The translations under genes were made by a program, and so were the position numbers. The notes below the pieces were generated by a model. The model saw nothing but the letters and a program-made list of their open reading frames with translations. It searched no databases and was not told where the DNA came from. Below, piece by piece: positions 9,709 to 18,802 of a stretch of DNA of 64,000 nt (position 1 is its first letter; every line of letters starts with the position of its first letter). This DNA comes from a bacterium GBS-1 (GTDB lineage: Bacteria; Synergistota; GBS-1), in the NCBI GenBank assembly GCA_001443005.1, contig LEKQ01000001.1:594542-658541 (forward strand), in the 5' to 3' direction.

Positions 9709-10860
9709 TTATCCCCTCTCCTTCTGAGATAAAATCTCCTTAAGCAGATCGATCGCTTTCTCCGTATGGAAAGTTTTTATCAAGTGCACTCCAGCGCTAC
9801 TTAATATCTCCCAGGCCTCTTCCTGTTGATTCCCAACCGCCTTAACCACGATGGGGACATCTTTCGCAAAGCTCTCCCTAGCCTGTTTAACTCCATTAGC
9901 TGCTTCTATAAGGGAGTTCACCCCACCATAAAGATTAATGAGAATTGCCTTTATATTGCCTCTCCTTAAAACGAGCCTTATTGAATCGTTTATGAGCTTA
10001 GCTGTTATTCCACCGCCAGTCTCAAGAAAGTTGGCCGGCCTTAAGCCCTCATCAGCCATCAAATCTACAGTATACATACCCAAGCCCGCACCGCTCGATA
10101 TGAGCCCTATATCTCCATCAAGCACAACATAGGACACACCTATCTCTTTCGCTTCTCTTTCCATATAATCCTCCACGTCGACCTTTTCCAGCTTAGAGAA
10201 ATACTCCTGCCTAAATAAAGCATTATCATCTACTTCTACCTTAGCATCAGCCGCAACGATTCTTCCATCCTTTAAAAGGCATAAAGGATTTATTTCCAAG
10301 ATCGTTAAATCATAGCGAACGAAGGCATCGAACATAGAAGCAGCTATGTGAGAAAGCTTTACCAAAAGCTCCCTCTCAAAGCCCTTTCCCCTCAAAGCTG
10401 ACCTTATCTCATACTCCCTTAAAGCTTCGCTCGGATATTTATCTATTCTCACGAGCCTCTCGGGAAAGAGCTTAACTATCTCCTCTATATCCATGCCACC
10501 GGCATCGCAGAACATGAAGGTACGCTTACCAGATCGCGTATCTATGGTTATCCCCATATATATCTCCCTAGCTATGTCTAAAGCCTCCTCTACAAGGAGC
10601 TTCTTAACTTTAAAACCCCTTATCTCCTTACCAAAAAGCTCAGAAGCAACCTCTTGAGCGGTTTTAGGATCATCCGCAGGCTTAATACCACCCGCCTTAC
10701 CCCTACCACCTATGGGGACCTGTGCCTTAAGCACAACCTTCTTCCCTATCCTCTCGAAAGCGCCGGAAGCTTCCGACGGAGCGCTAATTACTACACCCTC
10801 GGGAACATCTATGCCGATCAGCTTTAAAAAATCCTTCCCCTGATATTCTAAAAGCCTCAT
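9709..10860 (-). CDS. sucC: succinate--CoA ligase (ADP-forming) beta subunit-like (ATP-grasp)
   Basis: Blocks MRLLEYQGKDFL, GGRGKAGGIK, EINPL and NLYGGV are collinear with SucC. I prefer the ATG at 10860 to the ORF-track start at 10893, which overlaps the upstream gene. Confidence 0.85.
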   Translation of the reverse strand: MRLLEYQGKDFLKLIGIDVPEGVVISAPSEASGAFERIGKKVVLKAQVPIGGRGKAGGIKPADDPKTAQEVASELFGKEIRGFKVKKLLVEEALDIAREIYMGITIDTRSGKRTFMFCDAGGMDIEEIVKLFPERLVRIDKYPSEALREYEIRSALRGKGFERELLVKLSHIAASMFDAFVRYDLTILEINPLCLLKDGRIVAADAKVEVDDNALFRQEYFSKLEKVDVEDYMEREAKEIGVSYVVLDGDIGLISSGAGLGMYTVDLMADEGLRPANFLETGGGITAKLINDSIRLVLRRGNIKAILINLYGGVNSLIEAANGVKQARESFAKDVPIVVKAVGNQQEEAWEILSSAGVHLIKTFHTEKAIDLLKEILSQKERG

Positions 10861-10870
10861 CTCTCTTCCC

Positions 10871-11410
10871 TCACCCTTTCTTGAATATATCAAAGGCAGC
10901 CCTTAAGGCTTTTAAGTTTAAATCCCTAGTAGCAGGAGGTACCCTATTAAGCATGGCAGCCTCGAGCGATTCCCTTTTTACTATTCCTGTTAATGAGACC
11001 AAAACCCCCAAAGCCACTATGTTCGCAGATAAAGGCTTACCTGTCTCCCTTATGGATATCTCTGTTATAGGAAGCTCGTATATCTCAACGTCAGAGCGAG
11101 GTTTGACCTCCTTGATATAAAGTGTATCAATGATGATTAATCCTCCCTCTTTGACGCTCTCACCGTATTTATCCAGCGCATCTTGAGTCATAGCAAGTAA
11201 TATATCTGGTCTTTCGATCTCTGGGTAGTTTATCTCCTCATCGCTTATGATGATCTCGGACCTACTTGCACCACCTCTTGCCTCGGGACCATAGGACTGA
11301 TTATGCGTAGCGTTCTTTCCCTCATAAATCACCGCAGCCTCCGCAAGGATAATCCCTGCGAGAACCAGACCTTGACCACCGTAACCGCTTAACACTATCT
11401 CCTTCCTCAT
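10871..11410 (-). CDS. 2-oxoacid:ferredoxin oxidoreductase gamma subunit
   Basis: 179 aa with the SGYGGQGLVLAG block typical of OFOR gamma subunits. It directly abuts the beta-subunit gene (0-nt gap). Confidence 0.88.
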   Translation of the reverse strand: MRKEIVLSGYGGQGLVLAGIILAEAAVIYEGKNATHNQSYGPEARGGASRSEIIISDEEINYPEIERPDILLAMTQDALDKYGESVKEGGLIIIDTLYIKEVKPRSDVEIYELPITEISIRETGKPLSANIVALGVLVSLTGIVKRESLEAAMLNRVPPATRDLNLKALRAAFDIFKKG

Positions 11411-12235
11411 TTAACCTTCCCCACCTTCAGCTAATTTTCGCCTTAACTCCTCATAAAGCTCCGTATACTCTCTCTTCTCCTTATTAACGAAGAGCTCGCC
11501 TATCAAAAACTTATCCTTCATCTCCTCGAGACTATACCTTTGAGCCTGTTGAACTAAAACAGCATGTTCCTTCTGCCACATCAGCATCTCATAAGGAGTT
11601 CTCATCCTATTTCTTCTCCCATAACCTACAGGACATTGAGAGACAACCTCAATGAAGCTAAAGCCCTTATGAGCGATGGCCTTAGCTATAAGATCAGCCG
11701 TTAACTGAATATGATAAACGGTGCTTCTTGCGATGAAGGTCGCTCCTGCCGCCTCAACAAGCTTGCATATGTCGAAGGATGGTTCAATGTTGCCGTAGGG
11801 AGCTGTTGTAGCATAGGTACCTTGAGGGCTTAAAGGGGAATACTGCCCACCTGTCATACCATATATACTGTTGTTTATAAGTATTGTAGTTATGTCTATG
11901 TTCCTTCTAGCAGCGTGGATCAGATGATTTCCCCCTATCGCCGCACCATCGCCGTCTCCCGTAATAACTATCACCTTCATATCGGGACGCATCAACTTAA
12001 AGCCTGTAGCGAAAGCTAAAGTCCTACCGTGAGTCGTTTGAATGGTGTTAAAGTCCACTATCACGTTGGTCCTTGCCGAACAGCCGATCCCGGTGAAAAG
12101 GACGATTTCATCCTTGCTCAACCCAAGCTTATCAACCGCCATGATCAAAGCCCTCACCACTGAACCGTTACCACAGCCCGGACACCATATATGAGGAAGC
12201 TTGCTTAACCTTAGATACTTCTTTATATCAAGCAT
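11411..12235 (-). CDS. 2-oxoacid:ferredoxin oxidoreductase beta (TPP-binding) subunit
   Basis: Blocks WCPGCGNG and ITGDGDGAAIGGNH (TPP/Mg site). The start ATG at 12235 lies within an ATGCTTGA overlap with the alpha stop, behind AAAGAGGTG. The ORF-track start at 12262 is probably too long. Confidence 0.88.
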   Translation of the reverse strand: MLDIKKYLRLSKLPHIWCPGCGNGSVVRALIMAVDKLGLSKDEIVLFTGIGCSARTNVIVDFNTIQTTHGRTLAFATGFKLMRPDMKVIVITGDGDGAAIGGNHLIHAARRNIDITTILINNSIYGMTGGQYSPLSPQGTYATTAPYGNIEPSFDICKLVEAAGATFIARSTVYHIQLTADLIAKAIAHKGFSFIEVVSQCPVGYGRRNRMRTPYEMLMWQKEHAVLVQQAQRYSLEEMKDKFLIGELFVNKEKREYTELYEELRRKLAEGGEG

Positions 12236-13373
12236 GGCTAAACACCTCTTTAATCGCATCAACTATCTCCCAAGGAGATATCATCTTGCCATCAACCCTA
12301 TTAATTCTAACAGCTTTCCTACAAATGCATCTTTCCACCTCTCCTACAAGCTGCCCCATGTTCATCTCAGGCACGACAACAACCTTAGCTCTTTTCGCAT
12401 ACCCCTCTACAACTTCGCCAGGGAAAGGCCAAAGGGTTTGTAACTGCAAAAGCCCAGCTCTTATCCCGCCCTCCCTCAGCATGTTAACTGCATCCTTGGC
12501 AGACCTCGCTGTACACCCATAGGCTACGATAAGCACGTCAGAATCCTCAACCCTATAGGTCTTATAATAAGTTATCTCCTTCCTATAAAACTCTATCTTC
12601 TTGTGAAGTCTCCTTATAAGCTCATTCGCCACCTTATGGTTATATGTTGCTGGGAAGCCCTCCTCATCATGTACATTACTAGTTACGTGATATCTGTACC
12701 CCTTACCGCGATAGGCGAAATCAGGAACACCGTCAGGCCCAGCGGCAAAAGGCTTATATTGCTCAGGCGGCAAGTTAGTAACTCTCCTATTAACTATCCT
12801 TATCCTGCTCGGATCTGGCAAAGTTACCTTCTCCCTTACGTGACCAACCACCGCATCGGAAAGAAGGATCACCGGATTTCTAATGAGCTCAGATATATTA
12901 AAGGCCTCTATAGTTAACTCAAAGGCCTCTTGAACCGTAGCAGGGCATAAGACAACTATAGGATGGTCTCCATGCGTTCCCCACCTCGCCTGCATGACAT
13001 CTCCCTGCGCAGGAAGGGTCGGTAAACCCGTGCTCGGCCCACCCCTTTGCACATCCACTATGACGCAAGGAATGTCAACTATTGTGGCATATCCCAAGTT
13101 CTCCTGCATTAAGGTAAATCCAGGACCACTCGTTGCAGTCATGGCCTTAAAACCAGCCATAGATGCTCCTATAACCGCAGCGATGCTAGCTATCTCATCC
13201 TCCATCTGAATGAATACCCCACCTACCTGAGGCATCCTAAGAGCCATCATCTCGGCTATCTCTGTAGCTGGAGTTATCGGATAACCCGCGAAGAACCTCA
13301 CTCCAGCTAAGATGGCTGCCTCAGCTATAGCCTCATTACCTTGCATGAATCGCACATCCTCCTTAAGGCTCAT
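12228..13373 (-). CDS. 2-oxoacid:ferredoxin oxidoreductase alpha subunit
   Basis: 381 aa with GNEAIAEAAILAGVRFFAGYPITPATEI and the general KorA/PorA layout. It overlaps the delta gene by 4 nt. Confidence 0.88.
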   Translation of the reverse strand: MSLKEDVRFMQGNEAIAEAAILAGVRFFAGYPITPATEIAEMMALRMPQVGGVFIQMEDEIASIAAVIGASMAGFKAMTATSGPGFTLMQENLGYATIVDIPCVIVDVQRGGPSTGLPTLPAQGDVMQARWGTHGDHPIVVLCPATVQEAFELTIEAFNISELIRNPVILLSDAVVGHVREKVTLPDPSRIRIVNRRVTNLPPEQYKPFAAGPDGVPDFAYRGKGYRYHVTSNVHDEEGFPATYNHKVANELIRRLHKKIEFYRKEITYYKTYRVEDSDVLIVAYGCTARSAKDAVNMLREGGIRAGLLQLQTLWPFPGEVVEGYAKRAKVVVVPEMNMGQLVGEVERCICRKAVRINRVDGKMISPWEIVDAIKEVFSHA

Positions 13374-13597
13374 TCCTCTTCCCCCTCCCGCACCTCAACA
13401 GCATAATCAGGACACCTGAGCTCACAGCTTCTACAACCTACACACATCTCCTCGCGCATAACCCTAACCTTACCATCGCTTGTAAACTCAAAAACCTTCT
13501 TAGGGCAAAACTCTACACATATACCACAAGACTTACACCACTTAGTATTCAGAACAACCTTAAACCTCTTAGTCAAGGCAATCACCCCTTCTTTCAA
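13370..13597 (-). CDS. 2-oxoacid:ferredoxin oxidoreductase delta subunit (2x[4Fe-4S] ferredoxin)
   Basis: 75 aa with two CxxCxxCxxxCP motifs, CKSCGICVEFCP and CVGCRSCELRCP. Confidence 0.85.
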   Translation of the reverse strand: MKEGVIALTKRFKVVLNTKWCKSCGICVEFCPKKVFEFTSDGKVRVMREEMCVGCRSCELRCPDYAVEVREGEEE

Positions 13598-13602
13598 AGC
13601 GC

Positions 13603-13803
13603 TTAGCCGCCCGACATGATATATGTAACTACTATCTCGTCACCATCCCTAACTATCCTCGAGCTATACTCCCTCCTGGGCAAGACATCCCTATTCAAGA
13701 ACACAGTCATATAAGAGATATCATAACCAAGCTTCTCTAAAAGCTCCCCCACGGTCATCTCACCTTCCAAATTAACTTCCCTATTATTCACCTTAACAAG
13801 CAT
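13603..13803 (-). CDS. ThiS/MoaD-family ubiquitin-like sulfur-carrier protein ending in Gly-Gly
   Basis: MLVKVNNREVNLEG...GDEIVVTYIMSGG* has the size, N-terminal pattern and C-terminal GG typical of ThiS/MoaD. The start is ambiguous: TTG at 13821, ATG at 13812 or ATG at 13803. I prefer 13803. It ends 5 nt upstream of the OFOR delta gene. Confidence 0.65.
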   Translation of the reverse strand: MLVKVNNREVNLEGEMTVGELLEKLGYDISYMTVFLNRDVLPRREYSSRIVRDGDEIVVTYIMSGG

Positions 13804-13825
13804 CTCCTCCATTTCCTCCAAATAA

Positions 13826-13863
13826 ATTATACTCAGTATACTGTCTACTTCCTAAATCATCAA
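13826..13863 (-). promoter_or_regulatory. candidate internal sigma-70 promoter upstream of the ThiS-like/OFOR genes
   Basis: Read on the minus strand: TTGATG (13863-13858), a 17-nt spacer, then TATACT (13840-13835), followed by a second TATAAT (13831-13826) and GGAGG. It lies in the 75-nt gap after dehydratase no. 2. Confidence 0.35.
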
Positions 13864-13896
13864 GGCCACCCTTAAAAGGTATCTTTGGGTTTTTCT

Positions 13897-15552
13897 TCAC
13901 TCCAGGGATCTTCTAACCGCTCCCTTTGACGCGCTCTCAACGAAAAGCCTATAATATCTCAGGTAGCTGTTTTCAGGTATAAAGGAGCGATTGACCTCCT
14001 GTACCTCTCCTTTTCTCCTTTTATATTCTTCCTCTGATATCAATAGGTCTACCCTCTTCCTCCCGAGGTCTATCCTTATAACATCACCATCCCTAACTAT
14101 GGAGAGCGGTCCTCCTGCCGCCGCCTCAGGGGAAACATAAGCTATAGAGATGCCGTAAGAAGCCCCGCTAAGCCTGCCATCGGTTATGAGTGCAACGTTC
14201 TTATATCTATTTATTATCTCAACACACCTATGAAGCTCCCTCATGCCCGGACCTCCACAAGGCCCCTCGTATCTTATGATGATAACCTCCCCATCCTTAA
14301 GGTCATTGCTTGATGCATACTCCATAAACTCATCCTCCGAGTTAAATACCCTAGCTACCCCTTCAAAGGGATCCTTCAAAACGTCCACCAGCGCAGACAC
14401 CTTAAGCAGGGCTCCATCAGGAGCAAGGTTTCCTCTCAAGACTTTTATAGCTCCACCCTTAGCTATGGGGTCGGAAACCGATCTTATGATTGACTTCAAA
14501 GGCCTGAATCCCTCACTCTTCCCAATGATATCCCTCCAGGTATCGTTAAGGACCGTCTTTCTATCAAGGTTAAGATAATCCTTTAGTTCTCTTATCAATG
14601 CAACCACTCCGCCAGAAAAATACAGATCTATAACGGTATTCTCGTCGCTATTGGGAGTAACTTGAGCAATCAGGGGAACACTCTCGCTTATCCTCTCAAA
14701 ATCCTCCATGCTTATCTCTATCCTTAGCTCATGAGCTATGGCAGGAATGTGAAGAACAGCGTTTAGAGAACCACCTATAGCCATAACTACAGCTATTGCA
14801 TCCTCAAAAGCTTCCCTCGTCATTATCGCCGAAGGTTTCAAGCCCATCTCTATTAAGCGAACAGCTTGCTCTCCGGTTAATCTAGCTAAGTTATATCTCT
14901 GACTTGTTCCCGCTGGAGTTAAAGCTGACCCTGGCAATCCCACACCCAAAACCTCAGCTACTATACACATGGTATTTGCCGTTCCCAAAAATGGGCAAAC
15001 ACCTGGACCAGGATAATACCTCTCCGTGATGTCAAGCAGCTCATCCTCGGAGACCTTACCCTCAAGAAAGCTCCTTCTCGCCATCTTGGACTCCTTAGGC
15101 TTGATATAGTTGCACATCGGTCCTGCTCCCAACCAAATAGAGGGAAGGTCTATCCTAGCCATAGCCATAAGCATACCAGGGACGATCTTGTCGCAGGAGG
15201 AGAGAAAAACCAAACCATCGAATATATCGTGTCCCTTCACCATAGATTCTATCGAATCAGCGATCAACTCCCTGCTTGGGAGGCTATATTTCATGCCCTT
15301 ATGCCCCTGAGCTATACCATCGCATATAGCTATCGTGTTGAACTCGATTGGAACTCCACCAGCCTTGTAAACCCCTTCTTTTACCTTCTCGGCCAGGTCT
15401 CTTAAAGGGACATGCCCAGGGACTATTTCGTTCCAAGAGTTGACTATACCTACTATGGGCTTGTTAAGATCCGCTCGGGAAAAACCACAAGAAATTAGAT
15501 GCCCCTTTATAAGCTGTCTAACGTAGTTCGGAAAAGCACTCAATCGGTTCAT
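13897..15552 (-). CDS. IlvD/Edd-family Fe-S dehydratase no. 2 (sugar-acid dehydratase candidate)
   Basis: 551 aa with [44 protein letters not shown] and TDGRLSGAS blocks. Confidence 0.88.
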   Translation of the reverse strand: MNRLSAFPNYVRQLIKGHLISCGFSRADLNKPIVGIVNSWNEIVPGHVPLRDLAEKVKEGVYKAGGVPIEFNTIAICDGIAQGHKGMKYSLPSRELIADSIESMVKGHDIFDGLVFLSSCDKIVPGMLMAMARIDLPSIWLGAGPMCNYIKPKESKMARRSFLEGKVSEDELLDITERYYPGPGVCPFLGTANTMCIVAEVLGVGLPGSALTPAGTSQRYNLARLTGEQAVRLIEMGLKPSAIMTREAFEDAIAVVMAIGGSLNAVLHIPAIAHELRIEISMEDFERISESVPLIAQVTPNSDENTVIDLYFSGGVVALIRELKDYLNLDRKTVLNDTWRDIIGKSEGFRPLKSIIRSVSDPIAKGGAIKVLRGNLAPDGALLKVSALVDVLKDPFEGVARVFNSEDEFMEYASSNDLKDGEVIIIRYEGPCGGPGMRELHRCVEIINRYKNVALITDGRLSGASYGISIAYVSPEAAAGGPLSIVRDGDVIRIDLGRKRVDLLISEEEYKRRKGEVQEVNRSFIPENSYLRYYRLFVESASKGAVRRSLE

Positions 15553-15588
15553 TCAAGATCAACTCCCTCCATGAAGCGAAAATGGCTT

Positions 15589-16479
15589 TCATAGCAAACC
15601 AAGCCTCCTTAAGCCCTCTTTTATCTTTTCCCTTACCTCTTCGCTCGCTGGTCTGAAGGGTTCTCTCGGATACATCTTTATCCCGCGTAGGTTAACCATG
15701 GTATAAGCTCCTACGGTAGTGGTATTAGCGAGCCTCATAAGGTCTCTAACGGCCATCACCCTATTGTGAACCTCTATCACCTTATCCTTAGGGGCACCGC
15801 TCATCACCACATCATAAAGCTCCTTACAAAGCTCTGGAAAAGCGTTACCCAACCCTGGAATAAAGGCTTTGATGCCCAAAGAGGACGCAGGAACAAACAG
15901 AGCCTCGGTTCCTAAAACCACATCGAAGCCTTCTTTTTCTACCTTTCTCTTGAAATCCGATAGGACCATCAAATCGAAGCTACTATCCTTAACACCATGC
16001 ACACCTATATCCGCCAACCTCTTAAGCAAGCCCACGCTAACGGCATACCCGACAGTTTTGGGATTGTTATAAACATAAACAGGCACATTAACTGCATCAA
16101 CGATTCTTTTGAAATAAAATAAGACATCCTCCTCGGCATGATGATAGTAGAAAGGAGGAACCGCTGAAACAGCATCAGCACCTATCTCCTCAGCGTGTTT
16201 AGCGAGCTCAACAGCATCCCTCGTGCTTATGCTTCCCACATGAACAATAACCGGGACCCTCCCCCCGACCTCCTTCACAATTATCTCCGCAACCCTCTTT
16301 CTCTCCTCGAGGCTAAGCAAAGGTCCGCAGCCATAGGTCCCAAGGATGAAAAGGCCATCCACCGTCCCTAAAAGGAAGCTCGTAAAATCCCTCAAAGCTC
16401 CCTCATCTATATCGCCGTTTGCATCGAAGGGAACGATCATCGGCGGAATTACCCCTCTCAACTGGGTGATACCCATCAA
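15589..16479 (-). CDS. DapA/NAL-superfamily class I aldolase or dehydratase (KD(P)G-aldolase-like)
   Basis: 296 aa. It has LGTYGCGPLLSLEERK where DapA has GTTGE; as I recall, archaeal KD(P)G aldolases read GTTGLGP.LS at this position. The Schiff-base Lys lies in HGVKDSS. Confidence 0.8.
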   Translation of the reverse strand: MMGITQLRGVIPPMIVPFDANGDIDEGALRDFTSFLLGTVDGLFILGTYGCGPLLSLEERKRVAEIIVKEVGGRVPVIVHVGSISTRDAVELAKHAEEIGADAVSAVPPFYYHHAEEDVLFYFKRIVDAVNVPVYVYNNPKTVGYAVSVGLLKRLADIGVHGVKDSSFDLMVLSDFKRKVEKEGFDVVLGTEALFVPASSLGIKAFIPGLGNAFPELCKELYDVVMSGAPKDKVIEVHNRVMAVRDLMRLANTTTVGAYTMVNLRGIKMYPREPFRPASEEVREKIKEGLRRLGLL

Positions 16480-16498
16480 AACACCCCCTTAAGGATCT

Positions 16499-18028
16499 TC
16501 ATCCCATTGTCTCTTGCAACTCGCTAATCTCCCTAAACTCATCCTGCAGCTTATGATAAATCTTCCAATATATCCTATATAACCTCTCGTATAAAACCCT
16601 TAGCCGCTCATCAGGCTCGATGCAATCGACTAACTGGACGGCCTTGGGAAGGATATCCTCATAGCTTTTTATATACCCAACGCCCCTCATGGCCATAACC
16701 GCTGCACCGAAAGAGGAAGCCTCCTCCATATTAACCCTAACTATTGATCTCCCAAGAACGCTTGATAGAACACCCGCCCAAACTTTAGACCTCATCAAAC
16801 CACCGGTTCCCCTAAGCTCTGTAGGGACGCTAACGACCTCTGAGACCGCCTCATATATACTCCTCATTCGAAAGGCTACACCCTCGATTATCGCCCTCGC
16901 TATATGTCTTCTATCATGGTGAAGCGCAAGACCGAACAAAATTCCTCTAACGTCAGCGTTCCAATAGGGGCCTCTCTCGCCGGTTAAAAAGGGCAAAAGC
17001 AAAAGCCCTCCTGCTCCTGGTTTGACCTCCTGAACCCATCTTTCGGCCTCCCTATAGAGGTCTAGGCCCATTTCTTTCAAATCCTCGTAAAAGCCATCGA
17101 TATACCAAGCCATCACAAGCCCAGCGTTGTTTATGGCGCACCCCACAAGCCAGGTATCCTCATCTAATATGTAACACCACGTTCTTCTTTTCTTATCAGT
17201 CATGGGACCCTTAACGGCCATTCTAACCGCACCGCTCGTTCCGATCATTATAGCCATCTTCCCTTCCCCGATTGAGTTGGAACCTAAAGACGATAAAGCA
17301 CCATCTCCAGCACCTATAACGATGGGAGTTCCCTCCCTTAAACTGGTTATGAGGCTAACTTCCTTAGAGACTTTTCCAACAACGGTTGAGGGGTAAACGG
17401 TCTCGCTCATTTTACCAATACTTATATCGAGGCTATCAAATATGGATTCCTCCCATTTTCTCTTATATATGTTAAGTAAACCGCTACCAGAGGCCACAGA
17501 GATATCGATGGCGAAGACCTTCGCTAAATTCCAAAGAACATACTCCTTTATGGTCATTATCCTATAAGCTTCATCAAGAGCTTGAGGGGTTTCATGCTTA
17601 AACCATATGAGCTTGGCGAGAGGATAGTTCACATGGAGGGGGCAACCTGTAATATCGTAAAGGTAATCAAACCTCTCTCGATAGCTCTTAAGCAGATCGT
17701 TAGACCTATTATCCCCCCAGATAATGAGATTGGTCTTTTTCCTCACATCAGAATCCACTAACATTATGCTGTGAAAAACGCTACTTAAACCTATGGCACC
17801 TATCTCATACTCACCGTTGGCAAGCTCCAAGGATTCCTTTATCGAGCTATATACAGCGGAGACAACCTCGTCAGGATCCTGCTCCACCCAACCAGGCTTA
17901 GGTTGAATAATCCTATAGTTTCTCTTAGCCATCGATATTAATCTTCCATCGCCATCGAAGATACAACATCTCGCCCCGGTTGTTCCTATATCAATACCTA
18001 TGAAAGCCGTCTTAGCCATCATAAACAC
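16499..18028 (-). CDS. FGGY-family carbohydrate kinase (gluconokinase/xylulokinase-like)
   Basis: 509 aa with IGIDIGTTGARC, GWVEQDP and VIGAGDGALSS blocks. The true start may be the fourth Met. Confidence 0.85.
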   Translation of the reverse strand: MFMMAKTAFIGIDIGTTGARCCIFDGDGRLISMAKRNYRIIQPKPGWVEQDPDEVVSAVYSSIKESLELANGEYEIGAIGLSSVFHSIMLVDSDVRKKTNLIIWGDNRSNDLLKSYRERFDYLYDITGCPLHVNYPLAKLIWFKHETPQALDEAYRIMTIKEYVLWNLAKVFAIDISVASGSGLLNIYKRKWEESIFDSLDISIGKMSETVYPSTVVGKVSKEVSLITSLREGTPIVIGAGDGALSSLGSNSIGEGKMAIMIGTSGAVRMAVKGPMTDKKRRTWCYILDEDTWLVGCAINNAGLVMAWYIDGFYEDLKEMGLDLYREAERWVQEVKPGAGGLLLLPFLTGERGPYWNADVRGILFGLALHHDRRHIARAIIEGVAFRMRSIYEAVSEVVSVPTELRGTGGLMRSKVWAGVLSSVLGRSIVRVNMEEASSFGAAVMAMRGVGYIKSYEDILPKAVQLVDCIEPDERLRVLYERLYRIYWKIYHKLQDEFREISELQETMG

Positions 18029-18043
18029 CTCAAGCTTTAAGAA

Positions 18044-18802
18044 TCAAACTGCCGTCCAGCCTCCGTCCACGAAGATTATCTGACCTGTGATATAAGAAGC
18101 CTCCTTAGAGGCCAAAAAAACCGCAACCCCTTTAAGGTCCTCCAAAGATCCAAACCTACCCAAGGGTATCCTTTTTATCATGCTTTCAAGCCTTTCTCTA
18201 TCGCTGAAGACCGCCTCGGTCATCCTGGTCTTGTACCATCCTGGCGCAATAGCGTTCACCCTTATGCCATACGCCCCCCACTCCTTAGCGAGCGCCTTAG
18301 TTAATGAGCCAACACCGCCCTTTGAAGCAGCATAGGCACATATGTTAGGAACGGTCACCTCAACCACGGTCAAGGAGCAAACGTTGATTATTGAGGGGGA
18401 ATCTGACCTCCTCAGTAATCTAAAAGCCTCCCTACACACGTAAAAGGTCCCAAAGAGATTAACCTCGATTATCTCCCTAAAATCATCGATTGGAAACTCC
18501 TCAGCGGGATACCTCCTATTGATGCCTGCAGCGTTCACAACGACATCAAGCCTACCATAGTTTCTCTCAATATTATCCATTATATTCTTCACTTCATCGT
18601 ATTTCGAGACATCGCATCTTAAGCCCGAAGCTTTAACACCATAGCCTTGACTTATCCTTAGGGCAGTCTCCTTTGCCTCCTCTATGGTCCTGCTAACTAT
18701 CAATACATCGCTTCCCGCCTCGGCGAGCCCCTCAGCGAGAGCCATACCTAATCCCCTTGACCCGCCAGTTACAAGAGAGAGCCTTCCTCTAAGGTTAAAC
18801 AT
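18044..18802 (-). CDS. SDR-family oxidoreductase (gluconate 5-dehydrogenase / KduD-like)
   Basis: 252 aa with TGGSRGLG and the catalytic YAASKGG motif. The N-terminus closely resembles what I recall of the Thermotoga gluconate 5-dehydrogenase. Confidence 0.82.
   Translation of the reverse strand: MFNLRGRLSLVTGGSRGLGMALAEGLAEAGSDVLIVSRTIEEAKETALRISQGYGVKASGLRCDVSKYDEVKNIMDNIERNYGRLDVVVNAAGINRRYPAEEFPIDDFREIIEVNLFGTFYVCREAFRLLRRSDSPSIINVCSLTVVEVTVPNICAYAASKGGVGSLTKALAKEWGAYGIRVNAIAPGWYKTRMTEAVFSDRERLESMIKRIPLGRFGSLEDLKGVAVFLASKEASYITGQIIFVDGGWTAV

Noticed and set aside
13603-13821. ThiS-like gene as part of a thiamine biosynthesis operon
   Set aside because: No thiF, thiG, thiH, thiE or thiC is nearby and no TPP-riboswitch-like leader is visible. 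It is kept as an open question in the findings instead.
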